A stretch of 64,000 bases of DNA from Bradyrhizobium sp. (GCF_035701725.1 NZ_DASSRP010000254.1:10909-74908); one strand, 5' to 3'. Counted from the first letter of the stretch, positions 9,474 to 19,640 are shown. Numbers and translations: made by a program. Notes: generated by a model not told the origin, from the letters alone.

Positions 9474-9818
9474 ATGCGATTGAAATCAGCCATATGGGTT
9501 GCGGCCTATTTGCGCCGCTGCCAGACCGCGGGCGTGTTCGGTGCGGTGCGCCGGCGTGGCGCGGAGGAGGCGGGTGCGGTGTTCGTCAAGGTGGCGCTGA
9601 TGGACGGCAACGCCATGCTTTACGTGCCGGCACCGCAGACGGTTTACGACGAGTCGCGGCCGATCGAGCGCTTCTTCATGCCGATCTCGAAAGAGCCATT
9701 GCCGGAGCCCGCCGTGGAGGCGCGTCTGCAAAAGGAAGTCCGGTTTGATCCGGACGCCTGGATCGTGGAGACCGAGGATCGCGCCGGCCGGCACTTTCTC
9801 GATCTGTCACGGGACTGA
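9474..9818 (+). CDS. DUF1491 family protein
   Basis: MRLKSAIWVAAYLRRC, RRGAEEAGAVFVKV, FDPDAWIVETEDRAGRHFL. Confidence 0.85.
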   Translation: MRLKSAIWVAAYLRRCQTAGVFGAVRRRGAEEAGAVFVKVALMDGNAMLYVPAPQTVYDESRPIERFFMPISKEPLPEPAVEARLQKEVRFDPDAWIVETEDRAGRHFLDLSRD

Positions 9819-9823
9819 GCCAG

Positions 9824-10807
9824 CTAGCGTCCGGAATTCTGCGACGAACCGGTTCGAAGAGGCGCGACGCCGGGCGCCGGCTGTGTAACCGGTCTCGTCT
9901 GCGCCGGCCCGCTCCGCGCACGGCTGCGCTCGTCGTCGTAAAGGCCGGAACGATATTTCGCACGCGTCGTGGCGATCGTCGAACCGCGCCATGCGGCCAG
10001 CATGATCAGCGCCGACTGCTCCTTGAGCACGTCATAAAGTCGCGAAAGCCGATAGACTGTGTGAACCGAACTGCCTATGTCCGGCTTGAGGAAAAGCAAA
10101 ACGCGCTGAAAGACCGGCCCCGGCATTCCAAGCGCCTTGGCGGCGCAGGCGAGCGGTTCGCCGGTCGGTTCGTTGACCACCTGGGTCGCGATCTTCCAGG
10201 GCAGAATCAGCGTCTCGCCGAGTTCGAGCGTAAAGCTTTCGAGATCTGAGACCCAGGCGGCCATCTCCAGGGCCTCGATCGCGCGGGCTGCGCGTTTTGC
10301 GGGAATGCGGGCCGAAGGCTTCAATGGTGTTTCAGAGAGGTTGTGCAGGATCATGGCGCGTTCGGTCGAACTTGCGCCGAAAAACAATCCGCTGATTTCC
10401 GCCGCGTCCTTGGGCTGCATCGAGAGCGTCAAGACCGCGCGCAACTGCGCTTCGTCCCTGGGCGGTTGTGATGCAAGGCCACTGTCGGCCCGCTGGATTT
10501 CGCGAGCCAGCGGCACCGGTTGGTCCGGACTGGCGGGCTGAATTCCCAGTTGTTTCAGGACGGGCGCTGGCGTTGCCGGGTAGAGCGCGAGCCGGGCGCG
10601 CACGGCCGCGCGCGTGGCGTCATCCACCTGATCGATCAGGCGGGAGGTAAGCTCGACGAACTGTCGGGCTTCCTCTTCGCTGTGGGTGCTCGTCTGAACA
10701 TAGAGGTCGGCGAGGACCCGAAGCAGGGTGGGTCGGATATCGACGCCCTCTCGGCGGGAGAGGTTCATCAAACCGTCGAAGCCTGAGAATAGTGGAGGCG
10801 TGGTCAT
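9824..10807 (-). CDS. DUF2336 domain protein
   Basis: IRPTLLRVLADLYVQ, FVELTSRLID.VD..TR..V..RLA, GEPLACAAKALGM pattern; start MTTPPLF at 10807. Confidence 0.75.
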   Translation of the reverse strand: MTTPPLFSGFDGLMNLSRREGVDIRPTLLRVLADLYVQTSTHSEEEARQFVELTSRLIDQVDDATRAAVRARLALYPATPAPVLKQLGIQPASPDQPVPLAREIQRADSGLASQPPRDEAQLRAVLTLSMQPKDAAEISGLFFGASSTERAMILHNLSETPLKPSARIPAKRAARAIEALEMAAWVSDLESFTLELGETLILPWKIATQVVNEPTGEPLACAAKALGMPGPVFQRVLLFLKPDIGSSVHTVYRLSRLYDVLKEQSALIMLAAWRGSTIATTRAKYRSGLYDDERSRARSGPAQTRPVTQPAPGVAPLRTGSSQNSGR

Positions 10808-10857
10808 GTCGGAGATACGCGACTGATTCAAACTCGCGAAAGACTAGACCGGTTGCT

Positions 10858-10872
10858 TTAACACCGCGTTAA
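10858..10872. promoter_or_regulatory. Perfect CtrA box
   Basis: TTAA-caccgcg-TTAA, 51 bp upstream of the DUF2336 start (minus strand). Confidence 0.75.
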
Positions 10873-10966
10873 GGAAAACAATCCGTGAAATGGCTACGTG
10901 CTCATTGTGCCATTTTGGCTGCGCTCGGTTGCAGAATGGGCGTGGCCAAATCGATCAGTCCTCGCA

Positions 10967-10982
10967 TTAAGATGCCGTTAAC
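10967..10982. promoter_or_regulatory. Perfect CtrA box
   Basis: TTAA-gatgccg-TTAAC, ~70 bp upstream of the small ORF at 11054. Confidence 0.75.
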
Positions 10983-11053
10983 CACGTTTTGATCTTAATG
11001 ACGCCCGTCGCCACAAGTCGCATGAGAGTGGCAGCCGGAGAGAGTTGAGACAC

Positions 11054-11251
11054 ATGGGGACCGTCATTGAATTTCCAGCGGATGCGGCTTCGCGGCGGCT
11101 GGGGTCAACCATGGATGATGCCGGCAACGGCGTCCGGGGAACGGTGGTCATCCTCCCGGTCATCCGGATCGAGCGGCAGGTTGATGAAACCAGCGGCGAC
11201 CGCGGACCGGAGCAGGGCACAGCGCCCGGTCGTCGCCGCCGGCGCCGTTGA
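11054..11251 (+). CDS. Small hypothetical protein with poly-Arg C-terminus
   Basis: 65 aa, MGTVIEFP...GTVVILPVIRIER...GRRRRRR; GGAGAG upstream; stop 6 bp before next gene. Confidence 0.6.
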   Translation: MGTVIEFPADAASRRLGSTMDDAGNGVRGTVVILPVIRIERQVDETSGDRGPEQGTAPGRRRRRR

Positions 11252-11257
11252 AGCGAC

Positions 11258-12037
11258 ATGTCGGGCATAGCTCGTTTGATCCAGCACCGACGGAGGATAT
11301 CGGCTTGCCTGTCGGCTTCGATGTTGCTGACCACAGCCGTGATGCTGGCTGGCTGCAGTGGTGGTGATTTCGGGCGGACCCGCGAGGATTTTCGCAACGA
11401 CGACATGCATCGTTGGCTCGGGGCTGAAGCAACCGGCAGCGTCGGCCTGAGGGCCTCGCAGTTCCAACTGACCGACTACGAACGGCAGCTTCGCGATCAG
11501 GCCTATCCCGTGATCGAACCGCCGCATTCACGGCCGGCCTGGAAGGCGGTATTTGGCGATTATCAGGCGATCGCCTCTCCGTGGCGGCACAAGGTGGTTT
11601 TTGATCGTACCGCCTATGGCCGCGCGCTCATCGATGAGCCGCACCGTTCGGACGCCTCGCGTTATTCGCAATTGATCGATGACGTGCGCGATGACATTAC
11701 CCGCTTCGAGCCATTCTACGCGACCGCAGCGCGGGTGCTCGAACTCGACCGCAAGCGCAACGCCAGCATGGCGCATGTCTCGCAATTATCGCCGCGCGAG
11801 CGTGCGGACGCTGTTGCCCGCATGGACGAAAATACCTTGATCGTGCAGTGGGTGCAGCAGTGCCAGGAACGGCGGATTTCGTCATATCGCTGGGCGCTGG
11901 AGCGGCTGGTGGTGCAAGGACCTGACAACATCGCCGCCGAGGCCGATCGGCTGATCAACGAGCTTGCCGCACTTGCTGCCAATCCTCCGGTCACCACGCA
12001 GCCCGTCAACGGAGTCGCGATTTCCACGCGCGGCTGA
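11258..12037 (+). CDS. Hypothetical lipoprotein
   Basis: Basic N-terminus, hydrophobic stretch and lipobox LAG-C. Confidence 0.75.
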   Translation: MSGIARLIQHRRRISACLSASMLLTTAVMLAGCSGGDFGRTREDFRNDDMHRWLGAEATGSVGLRASQFQLTDYERQLRDQAYPVIEPPHSRPAWKAVFGDYQAIASPWRHKVVFDRTAYGRALIDEPHRSDASRYSQLIDDVRDDITRFEPFYATAARVLELDRKRNASMAHVSQLSPRERADAVARMDENTLIVQWVQQCQERRISSYRWALERLVVQGPDNIAAEADRLINELAALAANPPVTTQPVNGVAISTRG

Positions 12038-12070
12038 ACGGGGTAGGCCGAAGGTCGATACGCTGCGGAA

Positions 12071-12637
12071 TCAGCGTTTGGCCGGCATCGGCTCGGTCTG
12101 CACCTTGCAACTCGAGGCGGAGAGCGAGGCAAGCGCTTGCGGCATCAGGCTCGGCTCCGGCGCCAGCGCCTTCATCACGATCAATCCGGACGTGCTCGGC
12201 GAATCGATGATCAGCCGGTCCGCCGCCGTCACGTCTTCATCCTCCGGCAGCGCGGCGTGCTGGGCTTCGGTCATCAGATCGAGCTCGATCACCTTGCGTC
12301 CGGCGGAACGGTCGTTGATGGCATAATAGGCGAGTTCGTTACGCGTGTAGAACGAGACCGACGTGTAGGCCTGGCTCACCGGAACCGTGAGCTTGATCGG
12401 TCCTCCCGACAGATCGTAACGGCAGACCGCAACGGCAAAGGCAGGGTCCATGAAGGGCAAAGGGGCCGTTGCCGGGTCGGGCTGCGGCAGCGGTGTCACC
12501 GCGTTGAGCTTGGTGATCGGTGCGAGGCGGGAATAGGCATCCTGGGTTGCGATGCGCGGCAGCGCCAGCACGCTGACCAGATGCACGATGCCGCCCAGCA
12601 CCACGCCGGCGATGATGGTGAAGAGCAGCCGGATCAT
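12071..12637 (-). CDS. DUF1254 domain membrane-anchored protein
   Basis: N-terminal TM; DPAFAVAVCRYDLSGGPIKLTVPV..AYTSVSFY motif; overlaps upstream gene by 4 nt. Confidence 0.75.
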   Translation of the reverse strand: MIRLLFTIIAGVVLGGIVHLVSVLALPRIATQDAYSRLAPITKLNAVTPLPQPDPATAPLPFMDPAFAVAVCRYDLSGGPIKLTVPVSQAYTSVSFYTRNELAYYAINDRSAGRKVIELDLMTEAQHAALPEDEDVTAADRLIIDSPSTSGLIVMKALAPEPSLMPQALASLSASSCKVQTEPMPAKR

Positions 12638-13212
12638 GAGCAGCGCTCGGTCGAAATGGCGGGCATCGGCGCGTCGCGCTGCGTGCGCGTCGCGACCCCG
12701 ACCGGCGTGTCGTAGAGCCGCAGCACCAGCGTGTAGCGTTCAATGCCGCCGGTCGGAAGCCAGTTTCCGGCGCGCGAGCGCGACGCCACCCGCACCTCGA
12801 ACGAGCCGTCCGCACCGCGGATGATTTCCTGGCTGGTGAAGCCATAACGTTGCAACGAGTTGGCCACCAGCCGCCCCTTGCTGTCGTAAAGCGTCAGGGT
12901 CCAGAACCGTGCCGGCGGCGTAATACCACTCACCACCACGTCGCAGCGGCCATCCAGCGGCCGCTTGCGATCGTCCCGCGTGGCGAGGAATGCGACGCCG
13001 TCGCCGGTGCCAACCGGCAGTTCGCCGCTGCGGGCGATCGAGGCGCGCGAATAGGGGTCGACATCGGCGGTTCCGGTCTTGGGCCGGGCAGTCCAGGCAC
13101 CGATGGTCAGTGTACCGAGATCGGTGCCGCGCGTTGCGGTCATCCATGTCGCGCCGAGGCCGACGGAGGCGGCGAGGATCAGGGCCAGCAAAGTGACGAA
13201 TATCAGGCGCAC
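12634..13212 (-). CDS. DUF1214 domain membrane-anchored protein
   Basis: N-terminal TM; D..RPLDGRC.....G.TPPARFWTLTLYD and LVLRLY motifs. Confidence 0.78.
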   Translation of the reverse strand: MRLIFVTLLALILAASVGLGATWMTATRGTDLGTLTIGAWTARPKTGTADVDPYSRASIARSGELPVGTGDGVAFLATRDDRKRPLDGRCDVVVSGITPPARFWTLTLYDSKGRLVANSLQRYGFTSQEIIRGADGSFEVRVASRSRAGNWLPTGGIERYTLVLRLYDTPVGVATRTQRDAPMPAISTERCS

Positions 13213-13221
13213 GCGATTACG

Positions 13222-15492
13222 TCAGTTCTTGCGCGATGCGGCCGGAACCGCAGCGCTGCCGGGCGACGCCGAAGCAAAGCTCTCGTTAACACTGGCCGGA
13301 GTCGCGGAAGTCGATCGCGCCGGCTTGGCCGGTTCGTCAGCGGTCTTGGCCGCATCATCCAGCAATTTTTCAACGCGCACCAGAATGTCCGCCCCGCGCT
13401 TGGTGAGGACCGGCGGCGGTTTGATCTCCTGCGGCTTCGGACCGCCATTGGCGGCCATGACGGCCGACCCAGGCGCGGGCTGCAGTTTCGTGCCCATGCC
13501 GACGCCCGCTAGCTCCTTGATCTCGACGCCCTGATGCGCGGCGACCATGATGTCGTGCCAGGTCTGCGCCGGCAGCGAGCCTCCGGTCATGCGATTGGTG
13601 GGCGAGTAGTCGTCGTTGCCGTACCAGACCGCGCAGGTGAAGTTGCCGGTGTAGCCGACAAACCAGGCGTCTCGATACGCGTTGGTGGTGCCGGTTTTGC
13701 CGGCGGTCGGAATGCCGTCGAGCGCGGCGCGGCGCGCGGTGCCTTCGCTGACCACGTGGCTCATCATCTGGGCCATGTCGGCCGCAGTCGCGGCCGGGAT
13801 CGCCTGTACCGGCTTCTTGCCGTCGCGGTCGAAGCGCCAGACCAGATCGCCGGCACCGGTGCGTACTTCCAGCACCGCATGCGGCGTGACGGATTTGCCT
13901 TTATTCGGGAAGGTCGCGTAGGCGACCGCATGTTCGACCACCGTGACTTCGTCAGAGCCGATCGGCAATGACGGCGTGTCCGGCAGCGGCGCCTTGATGC
14001 CGAAGCGGCGGGCCACTTCCACGATCTTGGCCCGCCCGACCTTGGCGGGGTTCGGCGCCTTGCCGCCGAGCGCGATCGACAGCTTCACCGGAACCACGTT
14101 GATCGAGCGGGTGATCGCCTGCGTCAGCGTGACCGCACCGGAATAGGAATGGCCATAGTTCTGCGGGCACCAGTTGCCGATGCAAACCGGGCCGTCGACC
14201 ACGATCGAGGTCGGCTTGAAGCCATTGAGCAGTGCGGTCGTATAGACATAGGGCTTGAACGAAGAGCCGGGCTGGCGGTAGGCGTCGGTCGCGCGGTTGA
14301 ACTGGCTGGCGCCGTAGTCCCGGCCGCCGACCATCGCACGGATGCCGCCGTCAAGATCTGCGACGACGGTGGCCGCCTGTGTTGCGTGGTAATCGCGGCC
14401 GAACTGGCGGAGCTGGTTTTCGATGGCTTCTTCGGCCGCGCGCTGCACGTTCATATCGATCGCGGTACGCACCACGAAAACGCGCTCATTGTAGGATTTC
14501 GGGAAAGTGTCGACGAGCTTGCGCATTTCGTCGAAGGCCCAGTCGAGATAGTAGTTCGGCGAATTCTCATCGCGCCGGTCGACCGCTGTCGCAGGATTAC
14601 GCCGTGCGCCGAATACCTGGCCTTCGGTCATGAAGCCGGCGTCGACCAGATTGTCGAGCACGACGTTGGCGCGGGCGCGCGCGGCCGGCAAGTTGATGTG
14701 GGGCGCGTATTTGGTGGGAGCCTTGAACAGGCCCGCCAGCATCGCCGCTTCCGCAAGATTCACATCGCGCGCCGACTTGTTGAAATAGAAATGCGCCGCG
14801 CCGTCGACGCCGAAGGTGCCGCCGCCCATATAGGCGCGATCGAGATAGAGCTTCAGGATTTCATTCTTGGTGAGCCGCGTTTCCAGCCAGACCGCCAGGA
14901 ACGCTTCGTTGACCTTGCGCTCGATGGTCCGCTCGTTGGAGAGGAACAGGTTTTTCGCCAGCTGCTGGGTGATCGACGAACCGCCCTGGCGCACGCCGCC
15001 GGCCTGCGCGTTGGTCACGATCGCGCGCAAGGTGCCGGCAACGTCAATGCCGAAATGGTCGTAGAAGCGGCGGTCTTCGGTCGCCAGCGTCGCCTTGATC
15101 AGAACGTCGGGAAAATCCTCCAGCGGGATCGAGTCGTTGTGCTTGATGCCGCGGCTGCCGATCGGATTGCCATAACGATCGAGGAAGGAGACCGCGAGAT
15201 CGGATTTCTTCAGCCAGTCTTCATCGGCGGTCTCGCGGAAGGCCGGCACCGCGAGCGCCAGCATCAGGACCAGGCCGCCGAGCCCAAGCGTTGCGGCTTC
15301 CGACAGCGGCTCGATGAAGACCCAGCGCTTCCAGCGGCCGACATAGAAGCGGTCCATGAAGGCGGAGTAGCGCTCATAGAGTTCGCGGGCGCCCTTGCCG
15401 GTCGAGAACAGCGTCGAGTCGATGCGCGCGTCCAGATCCAGCATCCGGTGCCGGATCTTCTTTCTCCACTCGGCGAGGTCGATCTTGCGCAC
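13222..15492 (-). CDS. Class A penicillin-binding protein (PBP1A family, transglycosylase/transpeptidase)
   Basis: GT51 motifs EDRRFYDH, GGSSITQQLAKN; transpeptidase SSFK, SIN, KTG. Confidence 0.95.
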   Translation of the reverse strand: MRKIDLAEWRKKIRHRMLDLDARIDSTLFSTGKGARELYERYSAFMDRFYVGRWKRWVFIEPLSEAATLGLGGLVLMLALAVPAFRETADEDWLKKSDLAVSFLDRYGNPIGSRGIKHNDSIPLEDFPDVLIKATLATEDRRFYDHFGIDVAGTLRAIVTNAQAGGVRQGGSSITQQLAKNLFLSNERTIERKVNEAFLAVWLETRLTKNEILKLYLDRAYMGGGTFGVDGAAHFYFNKSARDVNLAEAAMLAGLFKAPTKYAPHINLPAARARANVVLDNLVDAGFMTEGQVFGARRNPATAVDRRDENSPNYYLDWAFDEMRKLVDTFPKSYNERVFVVRTAIDMNVQRAAEEAIENQLRQFGRDYHATQAATVVADLDGGIRAMVGGRDYGASQFNRATDAYRQPGSSFKPYVYTTALLNGFKPTSIVVDGPVCIGNWCPQNYGHSYSGAVTLTQAITRSINVVPVKLSIALGGKAPNPAKVGRAKIVEVARRFGIKAPLPDTPSLPIGSDEVTVVEHAVAYATFPNKGKSVTPHAVLEVRTGAGDLVWRFDRDGKKPVQAIPAATAADMAQMMSHVVSEGTARRAALDGIPTAGKTGTTNAYRDAWFVGYTGNFTCAVWYGNDDYSPTNRMTGGSLPAQTWHDIMVAAHQGVEIKELAGVGMGTKLQPAPGSAVMAANGGPKPQEIKPPPVLTKRGADILVRVEKLLDDAAKTADEPAKPARSTSATPASVNESFASASPGSAAVPAASRKN

Positions 15493-15787
15493 GGGCAGGG
15501 GTTACCTGAATCCGGAATTCGGTTGTCTTTTTCGGTTTGAAGTCGTCTCACCGCCGGCGGTGCACGAATTTCAAATCTTAAGGGTTGTTGCGGCAAACCC
15601 AAGGCATTCGGTGCCGTACCCCTTATCTAACCGAGCGGGGACGATAAACCAATGGCTGGCCTTACATATTCACCGGGAGGGATAACGTGATCCGGCTCTG
15701 GCGGAACCACCAATTCCGCGCTTGCGTGGATGTAGGCGCAGCCCCTAGAACGAAAAGCAGCCGAATCCGTCCAAGACAGCGCAAATC

Positions 15788-16309
15788 ATGACCGCAAAGC
15801 CAAAGCCTCCTTCCGCACAGGAAGGATTCTTCTGGAAAACCAAGACGTTGGAAGAAATGTCGGATGCGGAGTGGGAGAGCCTCTGCGACGGCTGTGCCCG
15901 CTGTTGCCTGGAAAAGCTCGAGGACGAAGATACCGGGAAAATCTACTTCACTCACGTTTCCTGCAAGCTTCTCGATGCAGGTCTTTGTGCGTGCAAGGAT
16001 TATGAGCATCGTTCCGAGCAGGTTCCGGACTGCGTCAGACTGACGCCGGCCAATGTGCGTACGCTGAATTGGCTGCCGCCAAGCTGCGCCTATCGTCTGG
16101 TGGCCGAAGGCCGCGACCTCTATTGGTGGCATCCCCTGATTTCAGGCGATCGCAACACGGTTCACGAGGCCGGCGTTTCCGTGCGCGGACGGGTGCAGGG
16201 GACGGAGAACGAGATCGCGGACGAGGATCTCGAGGACCATATCGTGAGCTGGCCGGCCGTTCTGCCCAAGCGCGCCCGCCTGAAAAAGCGCCCATCATCG
16301 TCGCGGTAA
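15788..16309 (+). CDS. YcgN (UPF0260) cysteine-cluster protein
   Basis: [23 protein letters not shown]...[13 protein letters not shown]. Confidence 0.92.
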   Translation: MTAKPKPPSAQEGFFWKTKTLEEMSDAEWESLCDGCARCCLEKLEDEDTGKIYFTHVSCKLLDAGLCACKDYEHRSEQVPDCVRLTPANVRTLNWLPPSCAYRLVAEGRDLYWWHPLISGDRNTVHEAGVSVRGRVQGTENEIADEDLEDHIVSWPAVLPKRARLKKRPSSSR

Positions 16310-16431
16310 TATCCTCGCGCTGATGTGTTCGCTTCAATCGGGACGCACCCATGCGCCCGACCCGCTGCCCCGACCTCGATTCGCGGCCTAAATAGCGGCC
16401 AAACCCGGTTCCCCTCCCAGCTCTATTCGGT

Positions 16432-18009
16432 ATGAACAAGTTCGAACGGCAGGGCCGTCCATCGGCCGATCAGCAGACGTTGTCCGACAGCCTCGCCGTC
16501 GAACCCACGGTTGCGCCTTCCGACATTCCAGACGTCAGCGACGCGCCGCCGATCGCGCCTCCGGCACCGCTCACGCCAAGCGAAGTCCGCACCATTTTGA
16601 CGAGCCTGATGTTGACGATGTTTCTGGCCGCCCTCGACCAGACCATCGTCGCGACGGCGTTGCCGACGATCGGCCGGCAATTCGGCGACGTTTCCAGCCT
16701 GTCATGGGTGATTACGGCCTATCTATTGGCCTCGACCGCGGTTGCGCCGGTGTTCGGCACGCTGAGCGATATTTATGGCCGCCGCGCCACGATCATCACG
16801 TCGATGAGCCTGTTTGTCGTCGGCTCGATCCTGTGCGCGGTCGCGCCCAACATGCCGATCCTGATCATCGCACGCGGGCTTCAGGGCCTTGGCGGCGGCG
16901 GTATTCTGCCGATCGTGCAGACCGTGATTGCCGACGTGGTGACGCCGCGCGAGCGCGGCCAGTATCAGGCCTATTTCAGCGGCGTCTGGATGGCGGCGGG
17001 AATCGGCGGACCGATTCTCGGCGGCGTGTTCGCCGAACATCTGCACTGGTCGATGATCTTCTGGATCAATGTGCCGCTCGGGCTCAGCTCGATGGCGATG
17101 CTGCTGCCGAAGATGGGCCGGATTCCGGTTTTCCACCGGCGCCGCGAAGTCGACTGGCTCGGCGGCGTCTTGCTGATGGCGGCCGCCGTCATGGTGATGC
17201 TGGTGCTGACCTGGGGCGGCACGCGCTATCTCTGGCTGTCGCCTACGATCATGGCGATGATTGGCGCCTCGGCCGCGCTCACCTTTGCCTTCGTGTGGCA
17301 TGCCTCGCGCGCCAGGGAGCCGTTCCTGCCGCTGTCGCTGATGGGAGGCACGGTGGTGCCTTACGCGATGGTATGCGGCGGCTGCGCCATGGGCGCGATG
17401 CTTGGCCTGACCGTCTATTTGCCGCTCTATTACGAGGGCGTGTATCACCTCAGCGCCAGCGAAGCGGGCATGGGCTTGATTCCGCTCGCCGCGATTTCAA
17501 CCCTTGGTGCCGCAATTGCCGGACGCACCATGGCGCGTGCGAAGCATTACAAATGGGTGGCGATCACCGGAACCCTGGTCGCCGCCGCGACGGCAGCGGC
17601 GATGATGTTCGCGCCGATGCCGCTATGGCTGCTGTTGGCACTGCTGTCGATCTTCTCGCTCGGGCTGGGCACGGCGTTTCCGGTTTCCACCGTCTCCTCG
17701 CAGAATGCGGTCGCACGATCACAGGTCGGCACCATCACCGGTGCAACGAACTTCTTCCGCGCGCTGATGGCCTCGTTCACGGTCGCGGTGTTTTCGGCGG
17801 TTCTGCTGACAGCGCTTGGCGCGGACATCTCGTTTTCGGGCGAACATCGCGGCACCGTCACCTCGATCTCCGCGGCCGATATGATCGCCGCGTTCCGCTA
17901 TGTGTTCGGGGCCGCGGCCGCCCTGATGATTATCGCGTCGATAGCCATGGCCCTGATGGAAGAACGGCCACTGGCTGGACCTTCGCAAGCGTCCGACCTG
18001 ATCGAGTAA
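16432..18009 (+). CDS. MFS drug-efflux transporter (DHA2, EmrB/QacA-like)
   Basis: FLAALDQTIVATALP, WVITAYLL, LSDIYGRR, ARGLQGLGGGG; ~14 TM. Confidence 0.93.
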   Translation: MNKFERQGRPSADQQTLSDSLAVEPTVAPSDIPDVSDAPPIAPPAPLTPSEVRTILTSLMLTMFLAALDQTIVATALPTIGRQFGDVSSLSWVITAYLLASTAVAPVFGTLSDIYGRRATIITSMSLFVVGSILCAVAPNMPILIIARGLQGLGGGGILPIVQTVIADVVTPRERGQYQAYFSGVWMAAGIGGPILGGVFAEHLHWSMIFWINVPLGLSSMAMLLPKMGRIPVFHRRREVDWLGGVLLMAAAVMVMLVLTWGGTRYLWLSPTIMAMIGASAALTFAFVWHASRAREPFLPLSLMGGTVVPYAMVCGGCAMGAMLGLTVYLPLYYEGVYHLSASEAGMGLIPLAAISTLGAAIAGRTMARAKHYKWVAITGTLVAAATAAAMMFAPMPLWLLLALLSIFSLGLGTAFPVSTVSSQNAVARSQVGTITGATNFFRALMASFTVAVFSAVLLTALGADISFSGEHRGTVTSISAADMIAAFRYVFGAAAALMIIASIAMALMEERPLAGPSQASDLIE

Positions 18010-18032
18010 AATCCGGGAGCGCCTATTCCGCG

Positions 18033-19640
18033 CTAGGAAGGTTTGTCCTCGCCGACCAACGCGCGTCGAAGCCTTCGGATAATGACGCCGCGGGCGCGGT
18101 CGTCGGCGGCCGCTTGGACCTGATCGTTGATATCGAGCAGTAACTTCGACATCTCGTTGTGCCAGTCGAGGTGGGTGACCGCTTCCGGCGCAAGCCGCCG
18201 GCGACGACCGATATCCAGCAAAGATGGCGTGGTACCCGACAGGTCATATATGTCGTCCAGCACCGGCTGATACAGCTTTGCTGCCGGAACAATTCGTTCG
18301 GAAAGGCGCTCGGCGAGTCCCGCGATCGCCTGCTCCTCGCCGTGAACGAGAAAGAGACCTTTCTGAATCGGACGGCGCGCGGCGATCCACCGTGCGATCT
18401 CCAGCCCGTCCGCATGGCCTGAATAGTCGTCCATCATGCGGATGCGGGCCGCGACCTTGATCTCCTCACCCTGGATTCGGACTGCTTTTGCACCGTCCTG
18501 AAGAAAGCGGCCGAGCGTGCCGTGAGCCTGATAGCCGACCAGAAGCACGGTAGCCCGGTTATTCCAAAGCCAGCGCTTGAGATGGTGGCGGATCCGGCCG
18601 GCATCGCACATGCCGCTGGCGGCCATGATGATATGAAACCCAGTCAGTCTGGCGATCGATTTGCTTTCGTCGACGCTTTCGGTAAATCGCAGATGCGACG
18701 AATTGAAAAGCCGGTTGACGTCGGCAGCGGCATCGAGGCTTGCCGCGTGCTTCCGGAACACCTCGGTTGCGTGAATGGCCAGCGGCGAATCCAGGAAAAT
18801 GGGAGCCGGTGCAATCTCGCCACGTTCCATCAGATCGACCAGATCGACGATCAGTTCCTGGGTTCTTTCGACCGCGAAGGCTGGAATCAGGAGCGCGCCC
18901 CTGGCCGCAGCCGCCTCGCGCACCTCGGCCGCAAGTCGAGCTCGGCGTTGTTGCGGCGTTGTGACTTCGCGAATTCTGTCCCCGTAGGTCGCCTCCGAAA
19001 TGACGTAGTCGAACCCCGACGGTGCCTTCGGATCCGGCTCGAGCAGCTTGGCGTCCGGTCCGATATCGCCTGAGACGAGAAGGCGCAACGGCGGCCGGCT
19101 GGAATTCTCGTCTTCGATTTCGATCTCAATCGAGGCGGATCCGAGCAGGTGGCCGGCATTCCAGTAGCGAGCGCGGACACCGCGTATGGCGCTGACCCAT
19201 GTTTCGTACTCGACAGGCCGAAAGGATTCCAGCGACCTCACGGCGTCGGCCTGGGTATAGATCGGGTTGACCTCCGCCCTGCCGCGCGCCGAATTGCGCC
19301 GATTGAGCGCAACGACTTCCGATTCCTGAATGCTCCCGGCGTCTGGCAGCATATAGGAGCAGAGATCGATCGTTCCTTGCGTGGCCAGGATCTTGCCGGC
19401 AAAGCCGTCACGCACGAGTTTCGGCAGCAATCCGCAGTGATCGATATGGGCATGGGTCAAAAGCACGGCGTCGATATCCGCAGGCCGAAATGGAAACGCC
19501 CCGTAATTCAGCTCCTTGAGTGTCTTCTGCCCCTGAAACAGCCCACAATCGATCAGCAAGCGTCCCGAACCGGTTTCGAGCAGGAAGCATGCGCCGGTTA
19601 CGGTGCGCGCTGCACCACAAAATCGGATCGTTGCGGTCAT
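18033..19640 (-). CDS. Metallo-beta-lactamase/beta-CASP fold nuclease (COG1236, RNA-processing type)
   Basis: THAHIDHCG (HxHxDH), NAGHLLGS, SGDIG, EATYG, PAFAVERTQ, ASGMCDAGRIRHHL, YSGHAD. Confidence 0.92.
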   Translation of the reverse strand: MTATIRFCGAARTVTGACFLLETGSGRLLIDCGLFQGQKTLKELNYGAFPFRPADIDAVLLTHAHIDHCGLLPKLVRDGFAGKILATQGTIDLCSYMLPDAGSIQESEVVALNRRNSARGRAEVNPIYTQADAVRSLESFRPVEYETWVSAIRGVRARYWNAGHLLGSASIEIEIEDENSSRPPLRLLVSGDIGPDAKLLEPDPKAPSGFDYVISEATYGDRIREVTTPQQRRARLAAEVREAAAARGALLIPAFAVERTQELIVDLVDLMERGEIAPAPIFLDSPLAIHATEVFRKHAASLDAAADVNRLFNSSHLRFTESVDESKSIARLTGFHIIMAASGMCDAGRIRHHLKRWLWNNRATVLLVGYQAHGTLGRFLQDGAKAVRIQGEEIKVAARIRMMDDYSGHADGLEIARWIAARRPIQKGLFLVHGEEQAIAGLAERLSERIVPAAKLYQPVLDDIYDLSGTTPSLLDIGRRRRLAPEAVTHLDWHNEMSKLLLDINDQVQAAADDRARGVIIRRLRRALVGEDKPS

